A stretch of 31,767 nt of DNA, from IMG/VR virus record IMGVR_UViG_3300020473_000086; one strand, 5' to 3'. The translations under genes were made by a program, and so were the position numbers. The notes beneath the pieces were generated by a model, which was not told the DNA's origin, searched no databases, and was given only the letters and a program-made list of their open reading frames with translations. Every line of letters starts with the position of its first letter. Position 1 is the first letter of the stretch. The stretch comes from a virus. Shown piece after piece: positions 25,041-31,744 of the stretch.

Positions 25041-25160
25041 ATGAATCGTATTAAAAATTATTTTATTAATCAAGCATCACGGCCAGTCACACATTTGGTG
25101 GCTGACTTTGTTATTGTCGGCGGTGCTGTAGCGTGTGGGTACTTCGGTTTTATCCACTAA
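25041..25160 (+). CDS. 39-aa membrane peptide (not in ORF track)
   Basis: SD agggga; hydrophobic C-terminal half. Confidence 0.45.
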   Translation: MNRIKNYFINQASRPVTHLVADFVIVGGAVACGYFGFIH

Positions 25161-25165
25161 ACAAT

Positions 25166-25429
25166 CCATGGGTGCACTGCTCACTCTACCGGAAACGGAA
25201 ATGTCTGGAGCCGAAAGGCTAGGCACCATGGGTTCTACATTAGAGCCATTAAATATAGGGATTCAGCTGGCTGGCTTTGAAAGTCAGACCCTCATCAAAC
25301 CCAACGCGCACTGATCACCGCAACGGGAGGGAAGACAGAGAGTTTGAATCTGTTGCTCGGATAAAATATGCGGGCGTTCGGTGAGTCCCTATTTTTAATC
25401 GCTCTAAAAACGTAATAAAATTAATGGCT
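25166..25429 (+). ncRNA. Candidate multi-helix structured RNA
   Basis: Two GAAA-capped hairpins, 9-bp and 11-bp long-range stems with G-U pairs, no ORF. Confidence 0.55.
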
Positions 25430-25441
25430 TAGGATGCTACA

Positions 25442-25645
25442 ATGTCAAACACATTCAAACATAAGGGATTCATTATTGAATTTGTGGAGACAGAGCGTCG
25501 GTATAAGTACACCAGGACTGGTTACTGGACTGCGCGTCGCAGCTCGAATGGGAAGGTTGTGCTGCGCGGCAAAGACCTAGGTCCCATCCTAAAAGCTATC
25601 AAGGTTGAAGAGAAGCTGGCTGTGATACGGTCGGCGCGTAACTAA
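25442..25645 (+). CDS. Small basic hypothetical protein
   Basis: ORF following RNA element. Confidence 0.6.
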   Translation: MSNTFKHKGFIIEFVETERRYKYTRTGYWTARRSSNGKVVLRGKDLGPILKAIKVEEKLAVIRSARN

Positions 25646-25743
25646 ATGTCAAAGAGCGGGGAAGCTATATTAATAGTAACCCCGGCTGGAAGGTTTTACA
25701 AAAGAAGAATAAACTCTTGCGCGGCTAAAAATAAAATCTTTAC

Positions 25744-25965
25744 ATGCAGTATGGGTACACGTTCAAGACAGGCGAGATAGTAATAGTCAACATCCAGGTA
25801 GAGTCGGATGAGAACTTCGGACTCTGGATAGTAATAGAGCACAAGGCAGTCAACTATCCGGACGGAATGCTGGAGGAAGTCGAGTGTCTCAGTCCCTGCG
25901 GTACAGTCGTCGCGTGGTCGCCCCAGTATCTCAGCTATCCGGAGTCATCGCAGCGCTGTGACTAG
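25744..25965 (+). CDS. SH3/KOW-like microprotein (divergent)
   Basis: FKTGEIVIV...GLWIVIE. Confidence 0.55.
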   Translation: MQYGYTFKTGEIVIVNIQVESDENFGLWIVIEHKAVNYPDGMLEEVECLSPCGTVVAWSPQYLSYPESSQRCD

Positions 25966-26340
25966 TGTTATAACTGTGACATGTTATGACATATAAGCCA
26001 TCCCGTGTCATATGACTTATGACATAAGCTATCGAAAAGCGTAATGGTTCCAATGGCTTATGAAGCTATACATGCTACACTGGATGGTGGTAGGGGGCCC
26101 CAGAGGGGGCCTTAGAGAGGGGCCCCAAATAGCCTAAAAATGGCCCCTTCTGGGGCCGCCAGGGATACTCTGTGGGGCTTCTGGGGGGCGCGGTGCGCAA
26201 GGCAAGGCTCAAAAATTTCTCGGAGCATTTTGAAACCGGACGCAAATATCGCACGCAATTTAAAATAGAAAGTACCAAAAGTCAAAAAAATTTCCCGAGA
26301 AAATTTTGAAAACAAATGCCTTATGACACCCTTATGACTA
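25957..26340. repeat. Non-coding tract with T(A/G)TGAC repeats, G-runs and two TCAAAA..TTTTGA dyads
   Basis: Seven T(A/G)TGAC copies; G-runs 26093-26188; dyads 26209-26235 and 26282-26311. Confidence 0.55.
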
Positions 26341-26378
26341 GTGAGTTTTGTGAAAGTACTAAACATGCGCCCAAAGTC

Positions 26379-26407
26379 GTGCAATATTTTTCAGGGGATG
26401 ATATAAT
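26379..26407 (+). promoter_or_regulatory. Promoter, GTGCAA family
   Basis: AAAGTC-GTGCAA-17 nt-TATAAT, TGA extended -10. Confidence 0.85.
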
Positions 26408-26431
26408 ACTACTATAAAGGAAGGAACAAGA

Positions 26432-26608
26432 ATGCAGGGACTCGAGCGACTAATAACCAGAATCAAGCAGAGAGCCATGATGGGACAAGCCCCAATAGCG
26501 ATCGCCCAAGACCTCCTTGCCCAGGGAATGAATGAAGACTTAGTGTACTGGGCTCTTCGAGCCGCCGAATTTGAAATGACCCAAGAGAGAGGAAAAGAAA
26601 ATGCCTAA
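26432..26608 (+). CDS. 58-aa helical protein (not in ORF track)
   Basis: First ORF after promoter; MQGLERLITRIKQRAMMG... Confidence 0.6.
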   Translation: MQGLERLITRIKQRAMMGQAPIAIAQDLLAQGMNEDLVYWALRAAEFEMTQERGKENA

Positions 26609-26915
26609 ATACGATAGCTCCGGCCGGCCAGAGTGGGAGGCAGTTCACTGCGCCGATGGCTTTAACATGTCAGTCCAGGCCAGCCGGTACAACTACTGCA
26701 GCCCACGCAATAATACAGGTCCATGGTATAGCGTTGAAGTGGGTTACCCAAGTCACCTGGACGTGCTATTACGCCCCTATGCAGAAGAACCCGATCGGCC
26801 GACGGATACGGTATACGGCTATGTCCCGAGTGAAATCATCCTTGCGGTGGTTGAGGCCCATGGCGGCCAGGTCGGCGGAGAGCTTCCTGAACTAATCCTT
26901 GAGGAGAAAGACTAA
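26601..26915 (+). CDS. Phage hypothetical protein
   Basis: CADGFNMSVQAS..YCSPR...VEVGYPS...TVYGYVP pattern resembles a recurrent phage protein of unknown function (recall, unverified). Confidence 0.7.
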   Translation: MPKYDSSGRPEWEAVHCADGFNMSVQASRYNYCSPRNNTGPWYSVEVGYPSHLDVLLRPYAEEPDRPTDTVYGYVPSEIILAVVEAHGGQVGGELPELILEEKD

Positions 26916-26916
26916 C

Positions 26917-27207
26917 ATGCCAACTCGGCCAAGACAACCTTATCGTGGATATAACATCGATTTCATCGCCCAATACCTATACGAGAAGCCGGGCGCCCGA
27001 AGCGGAGAAATCCGCGATGCTCTCGCCCGCTCTCGCGGGATGGAGTCGGCACCCCCTGGCTGGTTGACCGATTACTTCTATCGAAATCGAACACGAGCGG
27101 GTGGCACGGCGTACGCTGGACGCCTTTGGGAGCGTGTAGATGAAGGCAATCCTCGGCGGGGGTGGCGGCTATGCTTAGAGGGCTATGCTCGAGTAAGGAG
27201 ACCATGA
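26917..27207 (+). CDS. Basic hypothetical protein, possibly winged-helix-like
   Basis: SD gaggag; IAQYLYEKPGARSGEIRDAL. Confidence 0.55.
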   Translation: MPTRPRQPYRGYNIDFIAQYLYEKPGARSGEIRDALARSRGMESAPPGWLTDYFYRNRTRAGGTAYAGRLWERVDEGNPRRGWRLCLEGYARVRRP

Positions 27208-27431
27208 TGGAAGCGGGTACCATTGTTCGCCTAAGAGCGCCGAAACACAAGAACACGCTGGAGGATGAGTGGTATTGTCGGCATTGGGAAGCTCTAACTC
27301 CTATGGTGTACTTGGGTGCTCGAGGTGGAAGCCCCGGCTTCGGCCGGGTGATGACGCCCGATGAGGGTGTGAAGACGATCTGGCGTGATTATTTGACGAC
27401 GCGCATGCGGCGGGGGTTTTACGATGTTTAA
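27204..27431 (+). CDS. SH3/KOW-like microprotein (divergent)
   Basis: SD aaggag; MEAGTIVRL. Confidence 0.6.
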   Translation: MMEAGTIVRLRAPKHKNTLEDEWYCRHWEALTPMVYLGARGGSPGFGRVMTPDEGVKTIWRDYLTTRMRRGFYDV

Positions 27432-27600
27432 AAAAGGCTCTTTGGTATGGGGTATCTACCCCCCGATTCGAGGTGAGGGCTATCCTGGACCCAAGGTCCT
27501 AGGTATTGTTTATGCTCATGTGAAAGAGGGCACATGGGTCGAGTATCCCGGAGGTTACCTATGTCTTTTTCGCTCCCTGGATCTCGAATCCGCCGATTAG
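27424..27600 (+). CDS. SH3/KOW-like microprotein, 58 aa (not in ORF track)
   Basis: MFKKGSLVW...LGIVY...LDLES. Confidence 0.55.
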   Translation: MFKKGSLVWGIYPPIRGEGYPGPKVLGIVYAHVKEGTWVEYPGGYLCLFRSLDLESAD

Positions 27601-27971
27601 GGAATCACACGTTACCCTCCCTGTCCTTGGCGAGTGGGGCGTTAGGACGCCCGGGCGAGACCAAGTTGCGCTCGGCCTGCCTCCCGGTAGAAAACCAGGT
27701 GCGTTCTCCGGCCTCCGGCCCAAAAAAAGTGAGTGAATCGCCGTCCCGGCGCAATAAAGTGAAAAGTCCCTGTGCCCCGAGCGTCCCGCTTAATTGTTTT
27801 TTTTACTAAAAGGCCTGTCATTAATACAATTATATTGCATATTTAAAGAATGTAAGTGGGATTGTTTGGTCTGTGCCCACTATAAAATAAAATGGGATCG
27901 GCATATTAGCAACTAGTTCAGTTTATGCTGCCGGTCTCATGCAAAGTGATGATAATAAAGGCGGTTAAACA

Positions 27972-28352
27972 ATGAAGATCACCAAGCGACAACTGCGAAG
28001 AATCATTCGTGAAGCAGTAATTAACGAGGCGCTGCCACCGCATCTTAAAAAACACTTCAATAAAGACGGTTCTGCTAAAGTTCACAACCCAATGGGTTAC
28101 GAAATAAAGGACGTTACTCCAGCAGGTTACGGTCCGGATGAAGTTGACAGCTATGATCTCGGTCGAGAAGATTCGCTTGCTGGCATTCGACCTCAACTAC
28201 CTGATGAAGAATACATGCGGGGATACAACGAGGCACAGGTGGATGCTGGTTTACCGAAAATGCAGGCACCTAGTGATAGTGGTCGAGGTAAGAAACTTGA
28301 TCCGAGCAAGCTCAAAGGCGCGTTCGCCGGCAAATACTATGGGAGTAGATAA
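27972..28352 (+). CDS. MKITKRQLRRIIRE-leader protein 1
   Basis: Shared N-terminal leader. Confidence 0.8.
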   Translation: MKITKRQLRRIIREAVINEALPPHLKKHFNKDGSAKVHNPMGYEIKDVTPAGYGPDEVDSYDLGREDSLAGIRPQLPDEEYMRGYNEAQVDAGLPKMQAPSDSGRGKKLDPSKLKGAFAGKYYGSR

Positions 28353-28616
28353 ATGAAAATTACCAAACGACAACTTCGAAGAATTATCAGGGAAGAGAAA
28401 GCTAGGCTTGTTTTAGAAATGAATCCCGACGGCTCAATATCTGATGATGAGGTAGACCTCGAAGACGAGCTGACCCAAGAGGTAGTTCGTGATCTAGAAG
28501 GGCTTATTGCAAAAGTGCATACTCAAGCAGAGCGAATAGGTGGAGACTTCAGGTCACCCGGCATTAAATCGAGAGTTTTCAAGGCCATGGCTATGGTTTT
28601 ACACGGAGCAAGATAA
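28353..28616 (+). CDS. Leader protein 2
   Basis: MKITKRQLRRIIREEKARLVLE. Confidence 0.8.
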   Translation: MKITKRQLRRIIREEKARLVLEMNPDGSISDDEVDLEDELTQEVVRDLEGLIAKVHTQAERIGGDFRSPGIKSRVFKAMAMVLHGAR

Positions 28617-28617
28617 T

Positions 28618-28899
28618 ATGAAAATCACAAAACGACAATTAAGAAGAATTATCAGGGAAGAGAAAAATCGTATCCTTCGCGAAGAGACAGGCTATCAGGC
28701 ATCAGTTGGCGGAGTTGATATCCCAGAAATGCTGGATGTTGCATACGAGCCAATCCAGGAAGAGATGGACCAGATGCAGTTATCTGATCTTATGGAGTTC
28801 AAAGCAGCCGTAATGCAAGGTGGTTTTGACTTGACACAAAGAATCCTGAGAGACATTGAGGCGCTCATTCAGTTTGCTCGAGAAGACGAAGGAATGTAG
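28618..28899 (+). CDS. Leader protein 3
   Basis: Start re-assigned to MKITKRQLRRIIREEKNRILRE. Confidence 0.8.
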   Translation: MKITKRQLRRIIREEKNRILREETGYQASVGGVDIPEMLDVAYEPIQEEMDQMQLSDLMEFKAAVMQGGFDLTQRILRDIEALIQFAREDEGM

Positions 28900-28908
28900 G
28901 ATATACCA

Positions 28909-29757
28909 TTGCAGCTTTTACGTGAATATATCAGGTGTTTGCTTATTGAATCTGTCGAGCTTGACGATCGGTTAATTAACCCCAACTATCCTGCCGAGGA
29001 AGTAAGGGTTGCCATCGCTCAGGCAGGACTAACACCGGAAGATATCAGCATGCTTAATCAGTATTTCGAGCTCGATAGCGTCGGCGACCCTGAGATGACT
29101 AGGGATGCTTTGAAAGCATTCGGTGGAGATTACAGTAAAATAGAACCAACACGGGAGGTTGGGTACAAACTGATGGGAGCTCTTAAACCTTTAAAGCAAA
29201 AGGGTTATAGAAGCAAGTATTACAAAAAGCAAAGAGAATCCTTTCCCGATATATCTCCTGCGGAATTTGACAGTATAGAGCGATTTAAGGAAGCTGTCAT
29301 GATCGGAGGCCAGTCGGCACTTAACACTGCGAATGATCCTATTTTAAAAAAGTTAGGATATACAGATTATGTGCAGCGTTTGGTTAAGCTTTCTGGAGAT
29401 TGGATCAGTTTCTTTAAGAAGTTTCCTGAAGTATTCGAACTTGAAGTTACTAGACGTAATAAGCATATTGAAGAGTTTAAATTGATGGGTGCAATTCCTC
29501 ATTATGAGAAACTTCAGGACGATTACGATGTAATACGCGAATTAGAGAAGAAATTGATTAAAGAAACGCCATGGGCTATTAAGGGCGGGGCCTTTTCAAG
29601 TGGGCCGGATCAACTTGTTAGACTCTTGATAAATGGCTTTCAGACAGAGCTTACCGATATGGTCATACCGTGGGAAGACGGCGCTGGGATAGAGATTGGG
29701 AAAAAGACAGGATTGCCAGAATCCGTTGCAAAAATAACAAAATGGTATAACAGTTAG
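28909..29757 (+). CDS. 282-aa protein with variant leader MQLLREYIRCLLIE
   Basis: TTG start; amphipathic leader ending LIE. Confidence 0.7.
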   Translation: MQLLREYIRCLLIESVELDDRLINPNYPAEEVRVAIAQAGLTPEDISMLNQYFELDSVGDPEMTRDALKAFGGDYSKIEPTREVGYKLMGALKPLKQKGYRSKYYKKQRESFPDISPAEFDSIERFKEAVMIGGQSALNTANDPILKKLGYTDYVQRLVKLSGDWISFFKKFPEVFELEVTRRNKHIEEFKLMGAIPHYEKLQDDYDVIRELEKKLIKETPWAIKGGAFSSGPDQLVRLLINGFQTELTDMVIPWEDGAGIEIGKKTGLPESVAKITKWYNS

Positions 29758-29765
29758 GATAAACA

Positions 29766-30134
29766 ATGAAAATCGCAAAAAGACAACTAAGAAGAATTAT
29801 CAGAGAAACAGTAAGAGAAAAGCTTCAGCCTAGTGATCAGGCGCCGGCAAACTTTTCTAGAAAGTTTTATGAAGATGGTACCCTTACAACTCCAGAAGAC
29901 TTTAAATCATTACATCCTGGTGATAACTTATCTTTAAATGGAAGACCTATAGTCGTCATAGGAGTCAGTCCGATGACTGGCGAGGTTGACTATGTAGATC
30001 GGGGCAAAGCGACCCGAAAGCACTTTGATTATAGAATGGCACTGGTTGATGAGCCCGGAGAAATGCCCGAATACGACGTGGTTTATCTCGGCCCGGGTGA
30101 ACCACCACAAAACACGAGGTTACCAAGAAGATGA
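29766..30134 (+). CDS. Leader protein 4
   Basis: MKIAKRQLRRIIRETVRE. Confidence 0.8.
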   Translation: MKIAKRQLRRIIRETVREKLQPSDQAPANFSRKFYEDGTLTTPEDFKSLHPGDNLSLNGRPIVVIGVSPMTGEVDYVDRGKATRKHFDYRMALVDEPGEMPEYDVVYLGPGEPPQNTRLPRR

Positions 30135-30394
30135 AAATTACAAAAAGACAATTGAGAAGAATCATTAGAGAAGAGAGAGCTAGGCTCTTAAGAGAAGAAG
30201 ACCCATTCGATGCTGATAGAAGAGCGTGGAAAGGTGAACCCGATATGGATGTAGTAGAGGCTGCAGACGAACTTTACACTGCGCTTAAAACCCTGACAAG
30301 GCTGGGCGTTGAAGCGCTGAGCGATGATGAGCTTTATATAATGACAGGTGAGCCAGAGGGCATTACTGTTAAGGTACTAAGGAGAGGTAGATAA
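30131..30394 (+). CDS. Leader protein 5
   Basis: MKITKRQLRRIIREERARLLRE. Confidence 0.8.
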   Translation: MKITKRQLRRIIREERARLLREEDPFDADRRAWKGEPDMDVVEAADELYTALKTLTRLGVEALSDDELYIMTGEPEGITVKVLRRGR

Positions 30395-30395
30395 G

Positions 30396-30722
30396 ATGAA
30401 AATCACAAAGAGACAACTTAGAAGAATTATTAGAGAAGAAAAACAAAGGCTTTCAAGAAGAAAATTAAATGAGACTCATTCGATGGATGCCGTCAAGGAG
30501 TTAGATGATATTAGGATCGCTATTGATGATATCGCTGTCGGGGTATATCAAAATGATCCACACTTAGCCCAAGACTTAGAGATGCAAGTGGAAAGATTAG
30601 AGATTCTTCATGATAAGCTTAAAAGATCGTTAGCTCAAGGTGGGAGAACACCTACTGAAGAAGAGAGCGGTGTACCCGATTCTAAGAGATCAGTTATTCA
30701 CAACAGAAGACCAGATTGGTAG
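30396..30722 (+). CDS. Leader protein 6
   Basis: MKITKRQLRRIIREEKQRLSRRKLNE. Confidence 0.8.
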   Translation: MKITKRQLRRIIREEKQRLSRRKLNETHSMDAVKELDDIRIAIDDIAVGVYQNDPHLAQDLEMQVERLEILHDKLKRSLAQGGRTPTEEESGVPDSKRSVIHNRRPDW

Positions 30723-30727
30723 GAATT

Positions 30728-30952
30728 ATGAAAATCACAAAGAGACAATTGAGAAGAATCATCAAAGAAGAAAAAACCAAGCTTATGAACGAAATGGCAT
30801 CGGATGATAGCTACGGGGATGAATATATGGAAGCGATGATGAACCTATATATGGACCTCGAAGCTGCCTTCACAAAGGCAAAAAGAGCTGGAATCGATTA
30901 CACTGATTTAGATACAGCTTTGGATGATGCCAAGCAGTCGACTGGATATTAA
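30728..30952 (+). CDS. Leader protein 7
   Basis: Start re-assigned to MKITKRQLRRIIKEEKTKLMNE. Confidence 0.8.
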   Translation: MKITKRQLRRIIKEEKTKLMNEMASDDSYGDEYMEAMMNLYMDLEAAFTKAKRAGIDYTDLDTALDDAKQSTGY

Positions 30953-30994
30953 TTCAAAAATCGAAAATGTAACAATTGATAAAAGGAGAAAACA

Positions 30995-31090
30995 ATGAAG
31001 AAATTATTACATAGACTAACCAAGTTATTTAACGAGCACTGCTGCTGTTGTTGTGGGTGTTGTACATGCGCAGATTGTGGATGTAAGTGA
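30995..31090 (+). CDS. 31-aa Cys-rich peptide, metallothionein-like (not in ORF track)
   Basis: Strong SD aaaaggag; MKKLLHRLTKLFNEHCCCCCGCCTCADCGCK. Confidence 0.7.
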   Translation: MKKLLHRLTKLFNEHCCCCCGCCTCADCGCK

Positions 31091-31217
31091 AGATAATAGA
31101 GTGGCACAAAGATAAACTTGATAGCCTCATATTTCGATGGGGTTTATCAAGTTATCAATTGGCGTGGATATCGTTTATCAAAGGATTAATCATAGGATAT
31201 ATAATAGGGTTATACAC

Positions 31218-31523
31218 ATGAAAATCACAAAGAAACAACTTAAAAGAATTATTCGAGAAGAGAAAGCTAGGCTAGTGAAAGAAGCCTGGGGTGGCGCGCT
31301 AGGTCTTCCTGGTACCATTGACGCCCGTGCACGAGGTGAGCATCAGAAGGCTGCGCCTCCTGAATCCGAAGGTAGGAACATGGTGCAATGGAAAAGTAAC
31401 GGCGACATTAAAAAGTATACTCAGAATCTAGAGTATATCATTGAGTATGGTGGTATGGATTTTTCCGATGCTGAAATTAAAAAAGCGGTGGCTGAAGCCA
31501 TGGCGAACCTTGGGATCAAATAA
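31218..31523 (+). CDS. Leader protein 8
   Basis: Start re-assigned to MKITKKQLKRIIREEKARLVKE. Confidence 0.8.
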   Translation: MKITKKQLKRIIREEKARLVKEAWGGALGLPGTIDARARGEHQKAAPPESEGRNMVQWKSNGDIKKYTQNLEYIIEYGGMDFSDAEIKKAVAEAMANLGIK

Positions 31524-31744
31524 TGAAAATTACAAAAAGACAACTAAGAAGAATTATCCGTGAAGAGAAGGCAAGGCTCGTTAAAGAGCAAAGGGGCGGC
31601 CGAAGAGAGGGCCTTGATATTCTCGACGAACTGAGAATGATGGGAATTCCTGATAGTGTGCTAGTTGACTATCTTGTTGGTAACTGGATGTCAGGCGATG
31701 ATGCATTTCAGTCTATGCTCGATTTCAAGGATAGCGAGGTTTAA
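31523..31744 (+). CDS. Leader protein 9
   Basis: MKITKRQLRRIIREEKARLVKE. Confidence 0.8.
   Translation: MKITKRQLRRIIREEKARLVKEQRGGRREGLDILDELRMMGIPDSVLVDYLVGNWMSGDDAFQSMLDFKDSEV

Noticed and set aside
25166-25429. Group I/II intron, RNase P or cobalamin/SAM riboswitch identity for the structured RNA
   Set aside because: It does not interrupt a gene and I could not find the diagnostic cores in correct order; only short coincidental matches such as CCGCAAC and GGGAAG.
27820-27850. Late promoter (ATATTTA-like) for the leader array
   Set aside because: Only one or two loose AT-rich matches; no T4-type TATAAATA; not distinguishable from background.
532-28196. Minus-strand and nested ORFs in the track (e.g. 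532-918, 14080-14703, 22900-23412, 26075-26384, 27918-28196)
   Set aside because: They shadow well-supported plus-strand genes or lie in repeat tracts, lack an SD and have no recognisable motifs.
7915-31217. Long ORF-track starts at 7915, 15168, 28540, 30716 and 31137
   Set aside because: The extensions run through terminators, promoters or upstream genes; downstream ATGs (8062, 15225, 28618, 30728, 31218) follow a promoter/SD or begin the shared leader.
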